Positions 52,269 to 64,000 of a DNA stretch of 64,000 nucleotides are shown piece after piece. Position numbers and translations under genes: made by a program. The notes under the pieces were generated by a model. That model saw only the letters and a list, made by a program, of their open reading frames with translations. It was not told the origin of the DNA and searched no databases. The stretch is from Glaucostegus cemiculus. Its lineage: Eukaryota. Where the stretch lies: contig CDPCPM010000281.1 in the NCBI GenBank assembly GCA_976551045.1, positions 5,084,001-5,148,000 on the forward strand, written 5' to 3'. Numbering within the stretch: position 1 is the stretch's first letter; each line of letters starts with the position of its first letter.

Positions 52269-54059
52269 CATACATATGTGTCTGCACAAATGTTGTCAAT
52301 ATGACCAAAATGCCAACCATCTTGCCTCAGTAACAGTACTTTTGCCTTCAAGTTGTGAACAAATGATCCAGCCTGACATGGTGGTAAAGGGCTGAACCAT
52401 CACAATAATCATCTTTCAAATGATATATTAATTTGCTTGGAAATAAAAAAAATACTACATGAGTGTAGCAAGGCCATGAATTACACTACAAGAAGAGGTA
52501 ATTAGCTGTTAAGTGACTCAAGATTACATGTGGCAGTATACAAATGCAAGTAGTTTTCTTCTTATCTTGCAACTCAATTACACCACAGTTACCATTATCT
52601 CCTTCCTGGGCAGCCTGCCTATATTATATACTATCATTTGCAAATATCCCATTGGACTCAGTTATTTGATTAAAAGACTCTTCTCTTTTAATTGGCTTTA
52701 CTGAATTGCAATAAGCTAATGGTTAATTTCATAAAAGTGATGACCCAGCACACTATTTTGTCATTAGCGTATTGCTTTTGGGAGCTGCAATATGTCAGAA
52801 TAAAACAACATAATGTTCATCACTAAATGTTGCAGCACTGTTCAATTAAATACTAATGAAAGTATTCTAAAATGCAATATATCCCAAGGTCCACCTTGCT
52901 TCTAATAAATAGTTGAGTACAATATTTAGGGAAGATTTTTTCAAGTTGCAAGCAAAAGAATTTTGAAATGGTCCTCCAGTTCAATGGGGAAAGCTGAAGC
53001 TGAGCTAAACATTTATAGTACAGATAAAGCATTAGTTTGCATATGTCCACAATAAACCTGCTTTAAAAATGTTTGATGATGACACTGGGTCAAAAAAAAT
53101 CACAAATGCCACCATCTTCAGTAGTGATATTCCTCAGGTCAATACAATTACAAATAAACTATTAATAGCACAGAACTCCCTCCTTTAATATAAGTAATTT
53201 TTCAGCAGACAACTTGGTTGAGAACATCATCTCACAATGTAGGGAAGTGTACAGAGAAACCTTAACAACATGAATGGCTTAGTCTTCTTTGCTAGTTATA
53301 AACTTTAACCCAGACTGTAAAGATGTTTGATTTCTTTTGAAATTAAATAATAAATGTGCACACAGTCAGTTGCCTTAAATATTGGAAATGGGAGCTGCAG
53401 GATTTAAATGAAAGCATCTGGTTTTATCCCGATAATCTTCAGCTGCAGAAGAAAAATTTACAAAACCTCCACAGTCCTGTATGATCAATGCCCACATGGG
53501 TACTATAATAAATCAAGTTAATAATGAGAATAATGATTGTATGATAAGAACAACATGGTCTTGAATCACTCCTTATTTAAACATTACAAAAAAGAATCTA
53601 ATTGGATGGATGCAGTCACATATTTTGAGGACAATGTCTAAAGGGAAATAAGGTTCTGAATACATGTTAAAGAAGCTGAGAGGTAAACTAAATTTAGACA
53701 TTAATTCTACCATCAGATTGAGGAAAATTCCTGCTTCCTTAGTTTTATAAATTGCACTCTTACAAATTGTGTTAACAATATCAAAACAAAGTTCCAAAGA
53801 CTCTTCAACTTTGTTAATAAAACTGTGTCTGTCTAAGCCTTATAAGAAACATCAAATACTTCAGCAATGATGCCCATATTTCTCTCCATTCTATTTCTTA
53901 TTTTCTATCCACTCTGAATCAATGTAACTTTACTTTTAAAGGGAAGTAATATTGGAAAAGTTGAGTTTAAATCTGATATTTATTCATTTTCTCTTTACTG
54001 TTCCAACAGACAGCTTGTACTATCCAATCTTATCCCTGCCTTTGCCTATTCCATTCAAG

Positions 54060-54460
54060 TCCCTCTCACTGCCTTGGTGAAGCAGCCAGCGTAATCAAAG
54101 ACCCCACCCACCCAGGTCATTCCCTCTTCTCCCCTCTCCCATCAGGCAGAAGATACAGGAGCCTGAGGGCTCATGCCACCAGGCTCGAGGACAGCTTCTA
54201 TCCCATTGTGATAAGACCATTGAACGATTCCCTTGTATGATGAGATGGACTCTTGACCTCACAATCTACTTTGTTATGACATTGCACCTTATTGACGGCC
54301 TGCAATGCACTTCCCTGTAGCTGTGACACTTTACTTTGTATTATGTTATTGTTTTTACCCTGTCTCAATGCACTGTGTAATGAATTGATCTGTACGAACG
54401 GTATGCAAGACAAGTTTTTCACTGTACGGCAGTAGAAGAGACACTAATAAACCAATAACA
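54060..54460 (+). mobile_element. Rex1/Babar-type LINE 3' end
   Basis: CLGEAASVIKDPTHPGHSLFSPLPSGRRYRSLRAHATRLEDSFYPIVIRPLN. Confidence 0.88.
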
Positions 54461-56039
54461 CTCTTTGGAATTCTCTCCCTGAACAGTCTACCTTTCTGAT
54501 CGCTGGGAGCTCATCCCCCAAATTCACCACCTCCCCAAATATTTCAACTTCCTTTTTCAAAGTGTAGTTCCTTGATACTTTTACCTCTATTCCCATTCCT
54601 CACATCTCTGTGAAGTGCTTTGGTGCATTTTTTGTGCTCAAGCTCAGACATAGTTACAAGTCTGTGTCTCCCCGGCCCATTAAGCTGACAGAGAGAAGAC
54701 AGGAGACACAAGACTCTGCAGATGCAGGAATCTGGAGCAAAGGACAAACTGACTATCCCTTTACCTCCACAAATCCTGCCCGACCCACTGAGATCCTCCA
54801 GTAGAGAGGAGGTTGCTTTTCTTTTTAGAAAAAAAATGCTTACAGTGATTGCAAAATAGATTTAAAAGCTAATTACCCAGCCAATCACCTGGATTAGCCT
54901 TTGTGCATACTCAAACGTGGAAGGGCTACTTGTCATGTGATTTTATTGCCAGCTTCTTAACATAAAATTGTTCCAGCATTTATACTCATGAGCACCACTC
55001 AATATGTTGTTAACTTATATGATGAAGATAAATGTGGATTCTGCTGAGACAGTTGAATTGGAAGTAAATAGGCATTTGATTAAGGACGAGTTAGAAAACT
55101 GAATGTGGTACTAAGGAGAGGGGGAGAATGAGGTGTTCTTCTCAAGGAGCAGTTCCTGAAGAGAACATGTCAGCCGTGTTAAACTGGATGGACTGAGTCC
55201 CTTTTACACCCTATGGTTGCTAATATTTGACCCATATCAAATTCTGATGACAGGAGAAGAAATTAGCCCTTCGGTAGGGCGAATTACCTTTTACATTTAT
55301 ATGTTACCAGAAGACTCTTGAAGGGTAGGCAGGAACTAGCTTATTGCAGGAACCCATTGATGACAGTACAAAAAGAGACTTATTTGAGCTAATGGGCAAG
55401 ACACTGAAGCAATGATCAATCACCAGGAAGCCAACTGATCAAGAAAACAACTTCAATTGCTGTTCAGATAGCTGCAAACCATCTGGTTTAATTAATGTGT
55501 GTTTATTCTTGTATAACATTTCTTGAAGGCTTTACATCTGACAGTTGCAAACTTCCAATAAGTTTTGCACCATCTTGTGACAAGAAAAAGTGAAACACAG
55601 ACTTTGACAAGATGAGCTTCGATGAAGACTGATTTAGAGTTTATACATTTAAGAAACATCTCCCAAGCAAGTTTCTCCTTGTAATACAGGGCTTTGGGTG
55701 ATATCAGACTGGAAAATTTTCTGGACTATTGGATGCTATTCCTGTCAATAATTAAATACATTTTAGATTCAATTTTGTTAGATGTTACACAGTATATCAA
55801 TACATTTTCCAGTAAATCTGATAAGTTTAATGGGTGTGCAGGGCCATCCTGGGTTTAGAGAGAGCCTGGCACACATCACCTATGAGCCAGACATCAAGCC
55901 ATCAGAATATCTGAATCAGACAACAGTTTTTCAAATTTTTACTGTGACTGTCAGTGTTTAATGCAATGTTTATACCTGTCTATGTGAATAGGAGAACCTT
56001 GTGGAGGAAATGCAGCTGAAATTAAAAATAATGAAATAC

Positions 56040-56430
56040 TTGTACTTAAGTAAAGCCTTTCTTGGCCTCAGATCACCCCAGAGTGCTTTAACACAGAAGT
56101 ATTTTCAAGGTGTAGCTACTGCTGCAATCACTGTGGTGGCCAATTAGCACATAAAAGTTGTCACAAAAAGCAATGTGATAATGACTGGATAATCTATTTC
56201 GGTGACAAAAGATGGCTAAGGCACTTGGGTTAACTCTCATTCTACTAACTACTGCCAAGGAACCTTTTACATCCATCTGAACAAGCAAAGGGCCTCAATC
56301 AAATATCATACCCGAGAGATGACAACTGATGCCATAAACCCAATCATCACCACATTAGGGACTAGATTCATGACCAGATCTGAAGGGGTTGAACCCATGA
56401 CCTTCTGAAGTCTTCACTGAGTTGGGACTG
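56040..56430 (-). mobile_element. Deu-SINE-like element
   Basis: Reverse strand has a B-box GGGTTCAACCC, then GATGGATGTAAAAG...AGATTATCCAGTCATTATCACATTGCT, and tail CTACACCTTGAAAATACTTC. Confidence 0.65.
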
Positions 56431-57524
56431 CCATGAAAATAGGAATATTGGTGCTCACTATCACCTGCAGAATGTGGGAAGTGAGTGCCCAATGGAAACC
56501 ATACATAGCCCTACAGCAGATGTACATTAATGTATGGGCAATGACTATTACTGTATCCAAAATCTAGCAACCAACTTCCAACAAGTGTCAGTTATTTAAC
56601 AATCCCTCCCGAGCTAAATTTAGCCCTGATGAATATTCATCTTTTGCAGACTTGCAAGATGAAACGAGAGAATATCCAAGTACTTAGTTCTGCCTTGAAC
56701 ATTTAATCAGAGCTTTAACAATGCAGGGCTTTAATCAGGACTTGGGTCTTTGCAACAGCCAATTATCCAGCATAATTTCAATAAACTGGCTGAAAGTAAG
56801 TGTTATGACCTCCCAACTATGTTTTCTTTAGTTGTTCACTTTGGCTTCATAAATGACATTTGTCTGTCACTAACCAAAGGTCAAGCAGAGAATTGACCTC
56901 TAGACTTCAGCTAGTGCTGCTTTATAATTGACTGGCATAGATGTTCAGAGGTAATGTATTCTTGCTCACACTTCCGTTTTACGCTTCTGTCTTGGGACTG
57001 GCTGGACAGAGATCTTTCATAAGGTTTAGGTTAGAAGAAATCAACTATTTACATTACACAGAATCAGAGGCATGACTCAACTTTTGTTTATGGCAATGCA
57101 TATTACTAATCTTACAAATCACAAACTATGCCTACCCTCTTCTACCTAGTTAATATAGAGAAAAGCTTGGCTCATGCATTAATTTCAGCACCTGTAGTTC
57201 TCTACATTACGTGCCAAAATAATGTTTCAAGCCTTCACCTACAGATTTTGTTGAACCTTCTTCTAGAAACAAATTCTACTTCATAGGTGTTTAGTAACGT
57301 AAAGGATGCATGTCACAGAGAAACATCAATGCACTGAAATCCATTCACCTACTGCTGGCGGTTCGGAAGAGAACCACTGGGGAGTCGCTCCTCATGGATC
57401 ATGCATTCCTGACTTCCACAACAGTGCAAAGTAGTCCAAAGGTACGGAGCACATGGGAGGGGCAGATTTCAGAGCAGTAGACCACCCATTCGATCCTGAA
57501 TTCTCCATCATGTCCAGGAACTGT

Positions 57525-57918
57525 GAAGCAGCCAGCATAATCAGACCCCACTCACCCGGGTCATTCTCTCTCCTTCCATCAGGTAGAACAGGAGCCTGAG
57601 GGCACGCACCACCAGACTTAAGGGCAGCTTCTACCCCACCGTGATAAGACTATTGAAAGGTTCCCTTATACGATGAGATGGACTATGACCTCACAACCTA
57701 CCTTGCTGTGACCTTGCACCTTATTGCACTGCACTTTCTCTGTAGCTGTGACACTTTACTCTGTACTGTTATTGTTTTTACCTATACGACCTCAATGCAC
57801 TCCGTACTAACCCAATGTAACTGCACTGTGTAATGAGTCGAGCTGTACAATCGGTATGCAAGACGAGTTTTCCACTGTACCTCAGTACAAGTGACAATAA
57901 TAAACCAATACCAATAAC
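57525..57918 (+). mobile_element. Rex1/Babar-type LINE 3' end
   Basis: Same sequence as 54060-54460 with small deletions; ends AATAAACCAATACCAATA. Confidence 0.85.
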
Positions 57919-60900
57919 AAGATTGCCCTGAGCCAAAGGATTGCATTCACCCACCTGCATCAGAAAGGTAGGTGGAGGGATTTCTTCTCCCTTCATTTCC
58001 TAATTATTGTCTACCGTTGATGGATGGATGTGTTTTTAATTCAGTTTATTTAATTTTAAGATAATTTTTAGAAATATTTAGATATATTTCAGCTGTTTTT
58101 ACATGTCTCTGATTTTATTTTTGTTCGAGTCACTTAGAACTGTTAGAAAGACATTTGACAACATAGTCAAAGGGCCAGCTGAGGCCTTGTCACCACTCAC
58201 AGACTTCTCTGCCTTGTGGGGTGGCTGTAGCAGCGAGGCCTTGGGTCACTGGGAGCCATAGCAATGGGAATAACATGAGGGACGGGTGCACAGTCAAGGT
58301 ACAGACTGCATCAAACATGTATTTGTCCAAGAGGTACACATCAACATGCAGTCACTTTCATTGTAGTTCATTTAGTCCAATGTTCATGAGATGCAACGTT
58401 AGGGAACAGTTTTACATCTCTTTCAAAGTAAACTCTCCACAATATTAAATAATGAAGACAGGAGGATAAAAAAAATACTAAATAACCACATGGCTGCTAT
58501 AGTAGTATATATGTATTGTACAGGCTGTCCCTGGGTTCCATTTCTATAGTTGATTTTGTCCATAAATCAGAAAATACACAAACTCCCTCAATATGGTAAC
58601 TATTCTTCTATGTTGTTGTAATGTACAGTGTTTATGAGAGCCAATTAACATGAATATCTATTCGTTGTCTCACCCTGCCGAATTATAATGGTATAGTATC
58701 AGGCTGTCCCTTGTTACATTGGTTAATAGAGTATCATTGCACCAGTATCAATAGAAGTGATTGCTTGTCAATTTTCAAAACAACTCTCTTAAGTGGCATC
58801 CCACAGAGAAAATGACAGCCTGTGTTCATAAGAGACAATGGTGTCTGATTACTGCAGGGAGGTTACACGTAAACACCGTTTTATCAACTCTGGTTCTTCT
58901 TTGAATTTAATAATATTTATGGGAGCTCACCCCTCAGCTTCAGGCCATCCCCAGCTGACACATCATTTGAATGGGGTTGCTGACCTTGAAAAGAATACTT
59001 TTCTTTCAGTTAATATTTATGTTTTAATTACTTTCATGAGGTAAATGTGCGTGTTAAATCAATGCGCTGACTTCTGGCTGTGATCATTGGATCAGGTGGA
59101 AAAGACTGCCAACACAATCTGTCAGAAGGCCAGCAGGGCAGACTTAGGACAGAGCATCACAAGTCACAACCTAAGCTAAGTTACCACTCGTGGACTCCAC
59201 CGCTTTGTGGGATGGTCATGGCAGCAACACCTTCAGGACATGGGGATTCCACAAGAGGTGAATGTAATTTGATCCAAATTTACACACCACCCTGAGCCCT
59301 TGAACCTCCCAGCCCTCCTGAGTGTCCTTGCATCTGTAGATAAACAATATGATGTACAATGAGATACAAGATCTGTTTCATATTGCTACCTAACCTAAGT
59401 ATCATTCAGGAAGCTTGCAATTGAAAACCTGAATATCGTGCATTACAAGGCATGCCTTTGAAAGCACAGGCACATAAATTATGTATGAAATAATTTTACC
59501 ATAAGCCTTATTGTCAACTGCAGTAGATCACAGATTTCAGCAAAAGCTTGAAACTGAAGTACGAAAAGATCAATAAGTGAATGTTATTTCTACAGGCTTT
59601 GCAACATTCTCTTCCTTGCGCCAACATCGAAAAATCATCCTTGTTTCAGGATCAGCAGCAGACAATAAATTGCATCCAGACCAATTACAGATGCTTATAC
59701 CAGGACAATGGGCAAAAAAAGATTACACCCATGATAATATTCTATTCATTTTAGTTCACTTGAGTACGAAGGAAGTAAATTTCCCTCCACCAGGGCAACT
59801 GGAAATCAATAACATACCATCCATATTGCAATACAGTAAAACTCTGATAATCCTCAATCCTACTGTTAGGAAATCCCGATGGTTCACCTGGTAACAGTTA
59901 TAACACTTCCCTTCCACTCATCGGGTCCTCTGTTCCTGTGCTCACCAGGACCCGTTCTTGTATTTTACATGTGCGCCCACTGATCACTGAGGCAGGATTG
60001 CAGAGCAGATATGAAAATTATTCTTTTAGTGTCAACTCTCCCATCTCCCAACAATTGAGCAAAAGCAGTCACATTTCAGAAAGAATTAGAATATATGGGG
60101 AAAAGAGGACATTGGAGGAAAGCTCTTATCAAAAGCATTAAAGCACTTCCCTGTATTTGCATTGGATTAAAGGATCAAAGATTTAAGAAATTATTGCAAT
60201 GCACCTGTGCAAGACAAGACTTGATTGCGAGTGACTGAACTCAGTGAGCAGATACCAGAGTAGAGTGGGAAGAAGCGTTCTACTTTAACTGGTGTGGTGG
60301 CATTTTATCTATGGTAGTTAACTATCCAAATCAAAAGATCTAATGATCTATGCTCAAAGTTTATCAAGGAAATTTAGTTACACAATTGTAAAATAAACTT
60401 GGAGTGAAAAGATAGCATCACGAGTGGTGAACATGAAACAACTGGGTTGCCATTAGTACCCAACTGATGTACCAGTGTCCTCTAGAGAAGGAAATCTGTC
60501 ATCCCTACCTAGTCCAGCCATTTGTATTTTCAGACTCACAGCAATATGATTAATATCAAGCTACATTTGGAAGGTCTAACAAGCTATTTCAACCAAGGCC
60601 AATTGGGGCTAGGTATTAAATGCTGGGTTTGCCAACGAAGGAGTATAGAAAGTGCTGTCATCACACAACACTTGCTCCATGCTGACTCTATTATTATAAT
60701 ACCTGCTTGCAGCCAGAACCTCCAGGTGTTTCGGGCTAATGCTTGCATTCAGTTGCAATGTAAGATCCTAATATTTAATACCTGCAGTTTGTAATGACAG
60801 ATAATCTACAACAGAGCCAATACATCAATCCTGATTTATCACCAAAGAAAAATCCTCAGTCTAATACTATAATGGCAAAACCCCAAGTGAAATGGTGCTG

Positions 60901-62197
60901 TTTTCAAGCATTTTCTGAGTCTATAAAATGTTTTAACATATACCGTAAATTACAACTATTTATTTTTAATGCTCTGAATAGTGGTACAGCTTGAAGTGAT
61001 CCTTCCTCATTCTCTATTTCTTGAAAAATTCATTTGGAAAAGAGCATCAGTAGCAAGGGCAGCACTTACATACAAAACATCCGTTGCTCAAACTGACATC
61101 ACTGAATGTAGTTAAGAGTTTGCATTGCTGTCAGTTTGCAGTTACCTAGGCTATATACAGTTCGCACATTTCCTTCCCTTAAGCATAACAATGAACTGGA
61201 TGAGATTTCATTTCAATTCAGTAATCCTATAATATCCATTACTTATACCAGATTTTGTTTCAGATTTATTTAATAAACTGAATTTGCATTCCCTAGTTGT
61301 AATGATTGGGTGTAGACTCACCTTCCTCATCATTTTACCTGGCTTTTGCATTACTAATCCAACAGCAAAACCACTATTCTGGTCAATCTGTATCCTGCAT
61401 TCTGTGAGGCTTCCATACTTCAGCTTAGAGATTCATTGCCAGGTACCCACCACAACACTGGCATATTTGGAAGACTCGTCACATTAGTTCTCAGCAATTT
61501 TCATCAGCATTTAACTGCCAAGTGAACAACCAGGGAAGCCACAATTGTAGGCAAGAGTGAGAAAAGCACAAGGGTAAAAAAAAAGGATGACAGCCAACCT
61601 GTGATGTAATTGAGGGGAGCAAAAGAAGACAGAGGCAAGGTTGGCCACGTTGAGGCACAGGTAGGTCAACATTAGAATGCACAGAAGTTGGCTACAAAAA
61701 TCATCTTTTTTTTTGAGCACCTCTTCCATGAAAAGTTATGGATATTTTATTCATTTACTCTCTCTTGGCTTCTCTGTACAACAAAGGATTGCGGGACTTG
61801 TGAAACTGCAGTGAGTGCTGTGTACTAGTCCCAGCACATCACAAGCACTAACCACATCTAAGAGCAAGCTGCCCTCTCAGTGAACAGCATGCTTTGCACA
61901 TTTTACCTTATTCTGCCCCCTTCAATACTAGTTTGATTTGTGTGTCTCATCAAGGTCAGCTACACACCACTTAACTGACTATCAAAAAGAGAAGGTCACA
62001 GAAATAACGAGAATTGTCAATGAATAAAAAAAGAACAAAGAAAAAAATCTCAAATGAATTTGAGATTTTGCTTTGACTTTCTATTGGAAGGAGGAAAGAA
62101 AGAAATAAAACACCTTCCAAGAGCCCTATTAAAAATTTGAATCTGACATATACACAAGCACATCATGAAAATTGCACTTAAATCCAGAGGTACTTAC

Positions 62198-62442
62198 TTA
62201 GAAACCAGTGAAAAGGCCTCAGAGCAGATAGGAGGGCATGGGACTAACTTGATGAGAAAGTGGCCAAGAGCTGCTGGAAAATGGGCACTGGTAACTTTTT
62301 CGAGAACTGAAGTAAAGGTATTGACATCAGCTGCCTTGGAGTTCTGGTCTCCTCCTCCTGTGTCCAGAATATTCCCTCCATGAAGTACCAGGATAAGTAC
62401 ATGAATCTTGCACTTTTTCACATCCTGTTGAGACAGAGCATC
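62198..62442 (-). CDS. PITPNM3: Internal coding exon of membrane-associated phosphatidylinositol transfer protein 3 (Nir1)
   Basis: Minus strand reads tttttcAG|GATGCT...GTTTCTAA|GTaagta, 245 nt, phase 0 to phase 2. Translation [81 protein letters not shown] matches the PITPNM family block. From memory, [22 protein letters not shown] and CSEAFSLVS fit PITPNM3 better than PITPNM1 or PITPNM2. Confidence 0.92.
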
Positions 62443-64000
62443 CTGAAAAAGGGTACAGCTAAGTGGAGAGAAAGCCCTACAAGATTAACACCAAGCTTTC
62501 TTTTAAATTAATTTGATTATTGGTGTACAACAGTAAATGAACTGAAACATCTTTGTGTTTTCCATATAATTTTTATATGGTAAAGCAGAAAATTTTATAT
62601 GCATTTCTTTGCAATATTCCATGATAACCTTTCATTTTTCTCTCCTGAAAGCACTTCTTAAAAAAATATTTAGCACAACTCTTAATTCTTAATATATTAG
62701 GCAGTATCAGGAAATTATTGAACCATGGAGGGAGCTCCAAGCATACACTGTGGATGGAATTCAAGCATTAACTGTGAGCAAGATCAGAGTCAGAAATCTA
62801 TCCTGGGTCACTCGTTCAAAATACACAATGTATTAGAATCCTCCATTTCTGAAAGTCAATGCTATACAGGGCAAGTGATCCTGGACAACTTTTTATCCTG
62901 GGAGTCTTGTATGTATGTATATATATAAAAAACTGTTTTCCAGGTGAAATATACCTTGTTGATATCGATTGTATGTGAAACCAACTTCATCAGCTAACAA
63001 ACTAAGTCCAGGTAACATCTGCTGCCCTTGAAATCAATTTTTTGCAATAGGACCTTAACTAACATAGCTCCACTTATCCATTTACTTAATTAATCATAAA
63101 TATTTGCAAGCACAGGGTTTTAATAAGATGCTCTTTCATTGTCCATTGAGAACAGCTTCTCTGATCCGATGAAAAAAACCTAACTACACAACCAAGATGA
63201 ATTAAGCCAACGTTGATTTATTTTGGTTGCATTGTACTTGGCTTTATTCCCCTGTCTATAATTTAATTGCACTACCTGTATAAAACAAAACTCTGCAGCC
63301 TCTCAATTACTTGCTAATTTCCATTGGGAAATGGCATCCAATTCATTATGGCAGGAAATCAATTAACTATATTTTTGTGAGTAGAGTTACTTGTTTATAA
63401 TCATCAAGGTGCAGTTTTTAAGCACTGGAGAATTGAATATTTTCCATTTTGACTTTAAATCATTCTGTGATCTCATCACTAATATTTGCTAGGTCCATTA
63501 TTCAAGTATAACCCTCACAGATAGAAGGCAATGTAGGTATTATTGACTGTATTTGAACTTGACTTTTCCAAACTAGTTTTTCCTATTAATTTCCTCCCTA
63601 ATTTCAAACACAGAGTAAAATAAATGGAAAAACAATATTGCTTCAGTGATTATGCAATTTGCACATCACTACCACATTATCGTACAACAACCTAGCTTTC
63701 TTTGGTACTTGAAACAACTACCTTTCAGAAGTACTGTCTGCTGAGTACCTGGAGAAGCATCAATGAACCATAAAAGTTCACCATACTAAAGGATACCAAT
63801 TTCCCCAATCTGACTGTGCTGACTCACTTGAAAGGTAATCCAAGCCATATCCTCTGGTCAGTTTACTACCTACAATTTTCAACACCTTTCCTGAAGTACA
63901 CATCTCAAATGAGATATATTCCCACTTCCAATGTATCTAATTTTCCTTTAAACAAATACAATTCTCCTTGCCTCAATAATTCCCTTTTGCAAAATATTCC

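Noticed and set aside
58190-58345. Minus-strand FDAVC resembling PITPNM3 FDAIC
   Set aside because: The flanks lack IGDCVGG and the rest of the exon, so the match is coincidental.
1-64000. Prokaryotic-type systems (CRISPR arrays, operons, defence islands) and endogenous non-retroviral viral genes
   Set aside because: No repeat-spacer array or gene-dense block; all long ORFs are explained by retroelements.

Overview
Eukaryotic, repeat-rich vertebrate DNA. The repeat complement (CR1, RTE, Rex1/Babar-type and Tx1-type LINE fragments, V-SINE and Deu-SINE-like SINEs, Penelope-derived ends) suggests a cartilaginous fish; this is an inference. The only host coding sequence I recognise is one internal exon of PITPNM3 (Nir1) on the minus strand at 62198-62442. 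I found none of the expected downstream PITPNM3 exons, so most of the window is probably one intron of at least 62 kb. The clearest structure is a Gypsy LTR retrotransposon (8878-11854) with two LTRs, a CCAT target-site duplication, a tRNA-Trp primer-binding site and a polypurine tract. It carries an in-frame gag/RT deletion and sits inside an RTE LINE that is also split by a CR1. Several short Penelope-derived ends carry decayed minimal hammerhead-ribozyme motifs, one as a fold-back. I cannot support a wholly new biological system. Repeat boundaries other than the LTR element are approximate (tens of bp), and family names come from recognition by eye, not database searches.
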